From: Geosiphon pyriformis uo1 | Lineage: Eukaryota; Fungi; Glomeromycota | Assembly (NCBI GenBank): GCA_016748015.1 | Contig: JAAOMT010000384.1 | Span: 211,263 to 275,262 of the forward strand | Direction of reading: 5' to 3' | DNA length: 64,000 nucleotides | Shown: positions 1 through 11,016 of the stretch, piece after piece | How positions within the stretch are numbered: position 1 is the first letter of the stretch | Layout: every line of letters begins with the position of its first letter | Made by a program: the position numbers and the translations under genes | Notes under the pieces: generated by a model | Told to the model about the DNA's origin: nothing | The model's database searches: none | Seen by the model: the letters and a program-made list of their open reading frames with translations, nothing else

Positions 1-7
1 CTGTCCA

Positions 8-1200
8 TTAAGTTTGTTTTGCGTTTAGATGAGTGTTTTTGTTATGAAGCCATTTGAGTCCAATATTATCAGTGATAATATCAAATTCTTTGGGTCTGAG
101 GTAAAGATTGAAATGATGTAGGGCCCAAATTACTGCTGCAGTTTCTAATTCTGTTGCAGGGTAGTTCTTTTTGGCTGGTTTCAATGTTCTGCTAACATAA
201 GCAATTACTCGCTCATTTCCATTGTCATCTAACTGTGATAGAATGGCACCAAAGGCAGTATAAGAGGCATCTGTTGCTAACCAGAATCTGTTGCTGAAAT
301 CTGGGTAGGCAAGAATTGGAGCTGTTATTAGTTTTTCTTTGAGGATTTCAAATGCGTTTTGGTGTTCAGCAGTCCATTTGTATTCAACTTTTTTGGTGGT
401 AAGCTGGTTAAGAGGTTTTGCAATTTCTGAGAATTCTTTAATAAACTTCTGATAGTAGGAGACTAACCCTATGAATCCTCTTAGTTCTGTAGTGTTTTGA
501 GAAGTTTTGAAGTTTTTGACAGCGCTGATTTTTCCAGGGTCCAGTTTGATTCTATCTTTATTAACAATGTGACCAAAGAAGGCCAAGCTTGTTTTTCCAA
601 AGTAGTATTTTTCAATGTTGAGTTTCAGTCCTGCTTTTTGTAATCATTGAAAAACTTCTCGCAGGTTTTTTAAGTGTAATTCAAATGATGGAGAATAAAC
701 ATCAGTATCATCAAGATAAATAACTACTGACTTCCAAAAGAGTCCTTTGTACACAACATCCATTAATTTCTGAAATGTTGCTGGTGCATTGCATAATCTG
801 AAAGGCATTACATTGAATTCGTAATTTCCTCCTTGGATTGTGAAGGCTGTTTTGGGACAATCTTTGGGGTCCATGGCAATTTGCCAGTATCCACTTTTTA
901 GATCTAGTGTTGAAAAGTATTTGGCCTTTCCAAGAGCATCCAACATATTATCAATTCAGGGAAGAGGATAGGCATCTCCAATGGTGACACTGTTGAGTTG
1001 TCAATAATCAACACAAAATCATATCTTTCCATTTTTTTTTTAACTAAGACCACAGATGAGGCCCATGGACTCATTGATGGTTAAATAAGCACATTGTTGA
1101 GCATCCGTTGTACTTTTTTGCAGATAAATTGGTGACTTTCTGGAGCAACTCGGTAGGCTTACTGTTGTCTTGGTTTGACATCTTCTGTATAGATTTGGTG
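8..1200 (-). pseudogene. pol: Gypsy A reverse transcriptase and RNase H
   Basis: FSTLDLKSGYWQ, KTAF, MPF.LCNAPATFQ, IYLDD; RNase H WLATDAS...IITDN. Confidence 0.93.
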
Positions 1201-1749
1201 CTGAACCAAATCAGTTCTTCCTAAGTTATTGTTGTTTTTGGCAAAGATATCAGCAAATTCTGCAATTAGTTCTTTGAGCTGGTTCTGTTGTTGTGGTTCA
1301 AGTTGTCCCATGTTGATTCGAGATAGTTTTTCCATAACAACATGGTAGTTTTTAGAGCTGGGGTTTGGGTTGATTTTTGGTAGTAAATGTCCAATAATTT
1401 TAGAGAAATTGGGGACTATTTGGAGTAATTCTTGTTGAAAGATATTACTGTGAATAACTCCAATTTTTAAGTTATTTAATAAAACTATGGGATAATTATT
1501 GGGGTTGTAAAAAGTAACTCGGACTTTCTTTGTTCCTTCTGGGATGTAAATATTTGGGATCAAGATATTATGTTTCAAGCAGATTTGTTTATTGGACTCA
1601 AAAATTTGTTGGGTGGTTGTTGGCTTTGGGCAGATATAGATTTCAGGGTGTTCTCCGAAAGGTGAAATAGTGATTGGTTGGGAAAGACATAAAATCTGGT
1701 GAGACTCATTTTGTTTATTGAGAGCTATGTTTACTGGAACTTCAAATCG

Positions 1750-2110
1750 TCCAGTTGAACCAAAACCTTGTGTTCCTCTTTTGCTTTTTCTCAATTGTTC
1801 TCTTTGATTGATTAACTGTAAGCCCAAAATGTTGATTAAGGATAAATAGATAGCTTGAGCAATTTTTTCAGCATGTTCAATTTTGAAAGGTTTATTGGTT
1901 TCATTTTGGAGTATTACTGTTATGTCACCAGTATATCCAGCATCAATTATTCCTCCTCTGACATTGATTCCTTTGCTTGCCAGAAAGGGCAATTTTGAGG
2001 TTGATTTTTGTGAAAGATTTGGGTTTGAGAACAAAAGTATCCTTGTCTGGATATCTTAGGTCATATCCAGCATCAATTTCATGTGCTTTTTCAGGTTTTA
2101 TTCCTTGTCT
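1750..2110 (-). pseudogene. dut: dUTPase domain of Gypsy A pol (motif-2 region deleted in this copy)
   Basis: AHEIDAGYDL (motif 1), GGIIDAGYTG (3), KIAQ (4), RGTQGFGSTG (5). Confidence 0.9.
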
Positions 2111-3145
2111 GTTGTTGAAGTATTTGAGTTGTAAGGCAGGCTGATTTTCGATGAGATAGATGGGTGTTGCTTCAATTTCTTCTGTTGCTTTAAGTTCTCC
2201 AAATTCAATTTTATTTTCATCATTTTCACTGGACAGGGGAATGCTAAGAACATAGCATTCAGGGCACTATTGCTCATTACAAGACATTATGCATTTTTCA
2301 CACAATTTAATGTTCATTTGCTCTAGCTGTTGGGCTTGAGCTTCTTTGGTTGGGTAAGTGTGACTGGCAATTTGGTGATATACTTCTACTTCATCTTTGT
2401 AGTTGTATCCAGCAATTTCAAAGGTGTATGCAATGTATTCTGATTTTTTCATTTGACGAACATTTTTTTGAGTGACTCTATTGATTAAAACTATTGCTAG
2501 ATTGAAAATCATTTTGGCATCATTAGGGTAATAGTACAGTTTGTTGAGGGTGCTGTTGTAAGCAGCATCTATAGGGGTTCTTCTTGTTACTTTTTCTGAG
2601 ATTAAAAAGGCATATTGGCATGTTTGATCACAGACTCCTTCTCTGAATGCAACATCAATCCAGTTGCATTCATTAAGTAATCGTTCTCCACAAGTCAAAC
2701 AGGGTGTTCCGTCCCATTTTCCACTTCTTTTGACTAGGTGTCCCTATCATTCTTGGTGGCAGAATTTGTAATAGTAACAGGTATGGTTTCCATATTCTTC
2801 CTCAGGTGAAATACAAGCTTCTATTGATAAGAGTTTCTTGTGGCAATCTTTGCATTTGAGTGGAATGTAAGAGTGTTGTTTTTGTGGTTCTGGTTTTGAA
2901 TAGGAGACATTCCATCTGGATGTCACTGGTTCTTTTGTTTTAAGAGAATTGTTTGTTGAAAAATACTGTTGTTCAGTTTCATCAGCCCAATTGGAGGTTG
3001 ATTCAAGTGCTATAAATGTTTCAATGATGGGTTTTTCTTCTTTTGGTTCGAATTCAAAAGCCAGAGTTTTTTCGAAGTGTTTGTTGAATGTACCACAAGT
3101 GGCAGATACCCAGGTGTGTTGTCCTTGGTAGGAGATTGTTAACTC

Positions 3146-5460
3146 TTATGTCTCCCAATTCAGATTAGCATTGGCTTTTTGGAGCCAATTGTTTCCAATG
3201 AGAGCTTGGTATTGGGGAGCATCCATGACCAGAACTTTAACTAAAATGGTGATTCCATTAATTGTGAATGGGAAGTTGTTAATTTCTCCTACTGGAGTCT
3301 TTTTCATGCCATTGGCAGTAATGATTACTGTCTGAGCTGGTTGGTCAATATTTCTCTTTAACTGTTGCATTAACTGGTAGGTGATGATGCTTCCAGCAGA
3401 TCCACTGTCTAGAATTAAGTAAATTGCCTTTCCTTTGACTTTTGCTTCAGTGTACATAGCAGTGATTGCTTTTTGTTTGTTGATGGCTGCATTGCCAAGC
3501 AGGAATGGTAACTCATTTGCTTCGAACTCAAAAGAGAATATATCTGAAAGATTGGCATTTTCAGCAATTCTGGCTGGTAGAATTGTGGTAGGAGTATAGG
3601 AAGGGTTTTGTTGTTGTGCTGCAGCTCTACCTTCTGAGAGTGCAGTATGGCAAAAATCCTGTTCTTCTGACATCGTAAGATAATTAAGTTGAGTATGATA
3701 GTGGTTGGGTCTATGTGGATTCGAATTTTGAGTGGTTAACTGGTTGTTGGAATTTAATCTGTTGTTGTTTGTTGGAAAATGGTTTTGTGGTGTAAATTGA
3801 TTATGTTGAACCAATCTTCTAGCTGGTACTTGATATTGTGGTGTGGATGGTTGTTGATACTGTTGTTGAATTGGTTGTGGAGCAGGTTGATAATAGTGGT
3901 TTGGATATTGTGGCCTTGGTAAATATTGAGCTGGTGGTGGTGGATAATATGATTGTTGTGATTGGGAATAACATTGATTATTCCTCTGTTGTTACTCTCA
4001 TTGTAATTTTCTACAATTGCATTTCCAGTATCCTGGAATTCCACAATAATGACAATTTTGGATTTGGTTGTTGGATGGTGGTCCAAAGTTGTTTTGATTG
4101 TGTCGTTGTGGGGGTTGGTATTTTTGTGATTGTTGTGATTGCTGTGGTGGCTGTTGTTGCTGTTGGTTGGTGAAGTAGTTTTCAACTTTCTTGGTTAATT
4201 GGTCAATTTTTTCTTCAGCTGCTGAGCTGGTTTCTCTAATAGCCAGATTAACAAGTTTGGTATGGTTGGCTTTTTCCATGGTCATTTCATAGTTTTTCGC
4301 CTGTTGAATAGCAGTGGCTAAATTTTCTGGTGCATGTGGGCAAACTTTCTTGATAAGTTTGTCTTTTAGTCCAGCAATGAATTGATTCAAGATTTGTGCA
4401 TTGGAGTAGTATTCATTGGTTTCTAATTGGCGAATCCTTCTAAGCAGTTTTTTGAATTTCCCAAGATAGGTCATAACTAATTCACTTGGTTCTTGCTTGA
4501 TATTTCAGAACCAATTTCGAAAGGTGATAGAAGTGTTATTGTCAGTGAACTGTTCTAGAAAAGCAGTTTTGAATGCTTCCCAGTGTTCTGGTGGAGCTTC
4601 CAAGTTTTCAAACCATTCACCAGCTGTTTCTTGTAAGAAGTATGGAATTGCTTTTAACATTCTGGCAGCGTTCCAACCATTTGCATCTCCTGCTTTTGAG
4701 ACTTTGTCAAGCCATTCTTGAGGACTGGTTTCACTGTCTTCTCCTGTGAACTCAGGGATTTTTGCGATATATGTGGAGACCATTTCTTCTTCATTTTCCG
4801 AGTCTTCTGTTTTTTGTTCTGATTTGGTTTCTTCACTTCAATTTTCTGCTAAGTAGTCAATAAGGTTTGTGCTGGTTAATATTGGTTCCTGTTGTTGAAT
4901 AGGGCTTTTGGGTGACTGAAAATTTTCTATTCTTGAAAACTGAATAAGTGGTGAGCTTGGTGTTTGCAGTTGAGCAAGTGAAGCTGGAAATGATGTGATT
5001 GAGAGTGGTAATTTAAAGCTGGTTCTATGTTCTGGAGTTTGTAAATGTTTGGCAGTGGTTTTAAGTGTATTGGGAGTGGTTCTGAGTTTTTGTTTCCTTT
5101 TTCTTTTTCCTTCTTCTGTTTCTAATTCAAAACCAAGAGAAAATTTCTGTTCTACTGGATAATTCTCTTCACAATACTGAATGATATTGAAGTTGAGTTC
5201 TTGGAAATATGTTTCAAGTGTTTGACTGTTAAAATCCTGAGTGTTTAGACGAGAGTGATGTACTAAGCTTTCATATAAGTTGTGTCTAATTTCTGAAATG
5301 TTGTAGTCTCCAAAAAGATAATTGTTGATGCAATTTTCAATGTACTAGTAAAGCATTTTCTTGAATGTTTCAATTCCGTCTGGGATGTTAAATCTCTGCT
5401 TGCAGTGGGTGTAAATTGACTGATAATACTCTAGAGTTCTTGGATCTGTTTGAGTTGCCA
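3146..5460 (-). pseudogene. gag: Gypsy A gag (capsid, CCHC knuckle) and aspartic protease, disrupted by stops
   Basis: IPEFTGEDSETSPQEWL...NGWN..RMLKAIPYFL capsid-type motif; CHYCGIPGYWKCNC knuckle; LILDSGS protease; gag ORF 3998-4474 and PR ORF 3146-3814 in same frame. Confidence 0.85.
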
Positions 5461-5490
5461 CTTTTGAAGTTGTTGTTACTGTGTTATTTC

Positions 5491-5505
5491 TATGGGAGAG
5501 CACCA
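5491..5505 (-). promoter_or_regulatory. Primer-binding site of Gypsy A (TGGTGCTCTCCCATA)
   Basis: TGG-initiated motif 2 nt after LTR end; resembles PBS of families B and C. Confidence 0.75.
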
Positions 5506-5507
5506 AA

Positions 5508-6448
5508 TGTTACTGGAGATTTTTGGTCTCTTCTTAGCTGTTAATTCACGATTATGGAAAGTGTTTGAACCTCTGATAACTGAATTTATCTTCAAATTAT
5601 CTCCGATAATTTGAACTGCTGGGCTTATAAGTGGAATGGCCAATTCTATGCCAGTTGCTTTGTGTAGTTACGTTGTAGCAAATGTCAACTCTTTCCCAGG
5701 AATTGCTTGTCTGGAAGCTCACTAAAAATGTGTAGTTACTTTGCTGTGAAAGTCAACTCTTCTACAGAAATCTTGTCTATAGGCTACCCTAATGATTATA
5801 ATAAGAAAATAAAAGAAAAAAAATAAAAGAAATGTAAAAGAAATAGAATTCTGTCAAGGGAAACATTTTCTATCCAGGTCTGGAGTCACTAACAGTTTAC
5901 TGAAATTGGTAACTAATCAATTTCAAAACGTTAATTGGGTTTTGGGGATTTTCCAAGTGTAATAATTAAAAAATTTGGTTTTTTGAATTATTTGATATTT
6001 ATTTCTTTTTGTGTGTGTAAAAACGGTTCTAAGAGGTAAATCTAAAGTAAAATACATTTTCTCAAAGAGAAAAGCTCTTTTTTTATACAACTTGTCATAA
6101 CACTATTCTATGAACTTGAACTTTGCTCTTTTCTATAATTTCACTGAACTAAAGATACATTTCGGCAAACTACAAGTTATTTCTGCAAACTATTAAATAT
6201 TTTGGTAAACTATCAATTATTTCGGCAAATTTCTATAAATTTTGGTGAACTCTTGAATGTTACATAGTTCGGGGTATTGCATGATTGATCATCACAATTA
6301 GGTTACATTTATGTTATGTACAAATTGGGTTATTAATTAAATGATAATTTCGGATATTTTGCTAAATGTAATAAGTGATAATTTGAAATAATAAAAATTA
6401 TAAGGGTAATTTCATGCTAAACAATATCTCTTATTTTATCTGGTAACA
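5508..6448 (-). repeat. 5' LTR of Gypsy A (~941 bp)
   Basis: Minus strand starts TGTTACCAG at 6448 and ends CCAGTAACA at 5508; followed by TT + TGG PBS; partner LTR outside window. Confidence 0.85.
6161..6260. repeat. 20-bp-period array in LTR A, five units with core TTTCGGCAAACT
   Basis: Units at 6161, 6181, 6201, 6221, 6241. Confidence 0.8.
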
Positions 6449-9400
6449 CTACTAAGGGAGCAGTAGCTAAAAAAATCAGGAAACTTTTGGGAAACATTGT
6501 ACAGAACAAAGAGATTATCATAGTTGCAGGCAATTTGAATGAAGATCTGTTATCCAAGTCACTGAAGGAAACATATGTTACAAATAAGGCCAAAGCTTGT
6601 CCAACTGCTGCAACATTACAACATATAAATTTAGTGGATACACATGGAGCATATGCAACAAACAATCCAGAAAAGATGTGGGCATCAAATGGTGTACAAA
6701 AAAGATTGGACTATGTGTTTACTGATACAGTTACAGCCTCACTGGTCACAAATATTGGGGTGATTAATGTTAATAAATCTTTTAGCACAGATCACAAAGC
6801 AGTGGTAACAATCATCTGATCTGATAAAATCTTGGCAGGCACTAAAAAATCTAGATCTGGAAAAAAGAAGTGTAGCACAACTATGATTGATGTTAAAAAG
6901 GCATCTGGAAATCTATGCTAGAGAAATTGATCGACTAACAGATGAAGCACAAAGAAAATCAATAGATAACAGCAATGATGATCTAAACCAGATGTGGCTT
7001 ATAATCAAAGAGACTGTGTTACAAGCTGCTGAGTGCCTACCAAAAAGGAAAGTGGGAGCCTAATTTGCACACACAAAGAAAGAATGCATAAATCACAAAC
7101 TTGTTAAGATTGTTGCTAATATAATCAAACTAATAAGAGTAAACAATGCAGATATGCATGATAACAATGTTATGCAGTTGTTGGCCAAATGGAAACAGCT
7201 GAAACCTGAGGCAGTTAATGCATATCTGATGACTCTCCCAAAAGATAAGCTAATTATAGAATTACTCAACACTGTGAGCTAGGATCAGACTATAACAGCA
7301 GAGACAGATAGTGGACAATATCATTAGAAGACAACAAAACTTTGATCTAAACAAAGAAGCTATGATCAAAAGCATTATGAACAGAAAAAGACAAAGAATT
7401 GTACTTGACCATGTAATTAAAGAAGGCGAATTTCATAATGATCTTGATGAAATTAAAAAGCTAGTAAACAAAAAAGCCCAAGGGTAGACCAGAACAAGAA
7501 GCATTGAGCCTAACCTATGAAAAGTTGGAAACACAGATTTGAGCTGATTGAAAGCATTCCAGACCATGTCTTTGATGGTGTAATAGATGAATTAACCAAT
7601 GAGGAATTTGAACACATATTGAGCCACACACCCCATAACAAAGCTCCTGGTCCATCAGACATTCAGGCTGAACTCTGGAGGAAGACTGGGCCTAATACCA
7701 AGTCTAAACTGAAAACATTGCTCAATCCTTGCATTAAAGCCTAAGGAGTGGAGAGTAGCACAAGTTATACTGATTCCAAAGCCAAAAGAATGGAGTGGCA
7801 ATATTGACATCACCAGGCCAATCACACTCATTGAAAGCACCAGAAAAATCTTAACAAAGATTCTAACTGCTAGGATATCAAAAGCATGTGAACTCCACAA
7901 TGTCCTAAAAGGTTACAATACTTCTGTATTAAAGAATATCTCCACAGCAGTGCCTATTCATGTAATTAATGCTGTAGCTGAACATGCAAGAGAATTTGAT
8001 AAGAAGGCTTGGTTTACATTTCAGGACATGAAAAAGGCATATGATTCAGTAAGATGGAAACCCATGGAAGCTGCACTAAAAAGAATTAAGATGAACAATA
8101 GGTTTACTGAGCTGTTTGGCTTAATGCACAACAATAGAAGCAACAAGATTATAACTGAATTTGGGTTAAGTGACAAATATCAAGTACAAGATGAACTGGA
8201 TCAGGGGAAACAAGCTCACCCATTATGTGAAGAATTTTCTATGACCCCTTACTGTGCAAAGTAAAACAAGCCAATTATAGTCAGGGATACAAACTGACAG
8301 CAGCGTGAAAAAAGTGGGATAATCAATTGGATACACAATCTCTGTTGGTATCAGTGAATCACCTTGCCTTTGTCAATGACACAGTGTGAATAGCTAACTC
8401 AAGACAAGGAATACAAAGTATTTTGGACACAGCCAGCTCCTTTTTTAGAATAGTGGATATTGAGATCAACTTAGATAAGACTGAGACAATGGTGGTCAGA
8501 CCCTCCAAAGAGAGATCTTCAATGGTTAAGCCACTAAAATTTGGTCCAGACAAACAAATCTTGAAATTGTTGAATCCATCTACATGTACCCGATATTTGG
8601 GGATATGGATCAGAGCAGATGGAAAAAATGAAACTGTTCTAAAAATGATAGGAAAAAACACATAACTGAGAAACAGGCTATTTACATTTTTAACAGTGTA
8701 CTCAGTCCAGCTATTGAATTCAGATCTCAGTTGACTCATATTTCTAATAGCTGGGCTAGAAAATGGACTTCAAAGATTTCGGCCACTGTGAAGAAAAAAG
8801 CAAAACTTTCAGTAGATTTCCCAGCCAGTGCCATGCATTATTTATCCTTGTATAACTTGTTCAAAATTGACAATATACAAGTGAAAAGCAAGATCACAGA
8901 TTTGTTAGTTAGATTGAACAGTGCTGATATTGCTGGAATGACTACAAAAATCAGACTAATCAACTTGCAGGCACAGAGATGGTCAGCTCATAGTATACTT
9001 GAATATTTCACTAATGAATGATCTAAGCCAGAGGTTAATCTTATAGCAAACATTATACAGATGATGAAAAAAAGAAGCATCTCATTCAAGAGCAATGATA
9101 ACACACATGGGATATCTGAATCTTCAAGACCACAGGCATATTTAATTGAGTCTATCTTATCTTCAAGTGAAATCTACATTAAAGTTAAAAGCTTACTAAG
9201 AAAGGAAAACATGTTGTACTTGCATCAGATACAGAACAAAGATGAGTCATTGATGACATAGATGGACTTCACAAGGAAGTACAGACAAAGCGATAATGGT
9301 AGAATTCCCAGATGGTTTAAGATTTTAGAATCTACAATCATTATGGATGAGTACAGAAACATTGATGTAGCACAATGTAAGACATTGGGTATGCACATAC

Positions 9401-11016
9401 TGACTAACCAAATACCAGATGATTTAAAAACAATGCAAAGAGACACTATTTATATCTATATCCCTGACACTTTACTACCACAATGGAAGTGTGTATGAGA
9501 GAAGTTAAGACTCAGGAAAGAAATAGAAATATCAACAGATGGATCACTGGTAAAAGCTGATTCTGAGGAAGCAAGAGGAGCAGCTGTTTTCATAACACAT
9601 GGGATAGAAACCAAATTTGGTATAGCAGTTGATGGAACATTATCATCGACAAAAGCAGAGGCAAAGGCTGTATTGTTAGCTTTGGAAGCAGTACCTTATA
9701 GATGCAAACTAACAATAAACACGGATAGTCAAGCAGTGATGGCAACAGCTCAAAGATGATTATCCAAAAATTCTCCCCTGTCTATTAGAAATCAGCACAA
9801 AACTTCAAACTGGCACACATGGAATGCAATCAGAGCAATAATAAGAGAAAAGAGGATTGATCTCAACATGAACAAAGTGGCTGCACATGCTGGTATATTA
9901 GAAAATGAGAAGGCTGACAAACTAGCCAAAGGATCTACTACTCTTGATACAGTGAGGTGGGCCTACAATGCTAAGGAGACAGCATACATTCCTGTTTGTG
10001 GAGAAGTTGAATTGGATCTAAACATCAGGCAATTTTTGAACAAACAGGCTAGTCTTCAATCAGCTTTAGACTGGATAAGCAACAACAAAGTCCAAGAGAC
10101 AATAGGATCTTTAGACCAAGATATAGACTGAATATGCACAGCCAAGATTTGGAACTGGAATGGAAAGATGTCATCAGGCTTCACCTCAGCTGGTTCTTCA
10201 GCAATGCACACATTTATTATGAAATCATTTCACAACATGCTGCCAACAGCAGAGGTGCTATACAACAGATGTCTCCATGTATATCTGAATAATCTTTGCA
10301 AGACATGTCACAGGGAAGTGGAAACCAACCAGCACTTTTGGGAATGCTCTCTGAATACCCAAAAGGACAAGACACTAATTGATGACATAAAAGATAAGTG
10401 GATACAGTGCCTTTTAGAGGCTGTGAGAGGGGGATGCAAAGCCCATAATACTGACGAGAAGATTGTACTGTCTAATGAATACATTATGTCAACATTTAAC
10501 ATAGATCTGCTATGTAAAGGACTGATCAATAAGCAATTTAGAAGGATCAATGCTTTTTCTGACATCAATCTAAGAATTAGCAATAATGTATTAATTAAGG
10601 GCAGTTACTCAAGCAAGGAATAAATTGTGAGGAGAACATTGCAAATTGCAAACTGAATGGGAAAAAACAATGGGTATTGATAATAGGGTCAAGAGAATCC
10701 AACTGGTAGTTCCAGTATACATAGTACTTCAAAGAATAGTGGTAAAAATAATAGCAAACCCATAGTCAAAATAGGTGATGTTTCCATACAGTGTAATGGT
10801 ATACTGACTAATGTTTTTTGTGGTAGGAGTACTTTGTGTAATAGTGTGATACCCCATAAATTTTTTGGTTATACTAGTATGTAGTTAGGCATAACCACTT
10901 AGTGGTTGTAATTTAGATTATTGGATGAGTTGGCTTTATGAAAAGGTCACATTTTTTAAGTGTGACTAAACTAATAAAAGACCAGCATGGCTACATGTTA
11001 ACAAAAAAAAAAAAAA
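6449..11016 (+). mobile_element. LINE copy L1, 3' ~4.6 kb of ORF2 (APE C-term, RT, RNase H, zinc knuckle), 3' UTR, poly(A); decayed
   Basis: RLDYVF/STDHKAV (APE), FQDMKKAYDSV, RNase H (TDGS, TDSQ, KVAAH..ENEKADKLAK), CKTCHREVETNQHFWEC, stop 10882-10884, poly(A) 11003-11016. Confidence 0.93.

Larger units (their letters stand above)
1..6448 (-). mobile_element. Ty3/Gypsy LTR retrotransposon family A (dUTPase-bearing), 5' part; runs off the left edge; inserted into LINE L1
   Basis: 5' LTR with TGTTAC...GTAACA ends, PBS, then gag, PR (LILDSGSAGS), dUTPase, RT (LDLKSGYWQ, IYLDD), RNase H (TDAS, ELETAAV) in Gypsy order; LINE endonuclease sequence resumes at 6449. Confidence 0.93.

Noticed and set aside
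1750-2110. Host dUTPase gene or endogenous retrovirus
   Set aside because: Embedded in Gypsy-type pol in two elements; RT/RNase H motifs are Ty3/Gypsy-like; no env seen
6161-6260. Repeat-spacer pattern suggesting a mini CRISPR
   Set aside because: 12-bp degenerate core with 8-bp linkers inside an LTR; no cas genes; eukaryotic context
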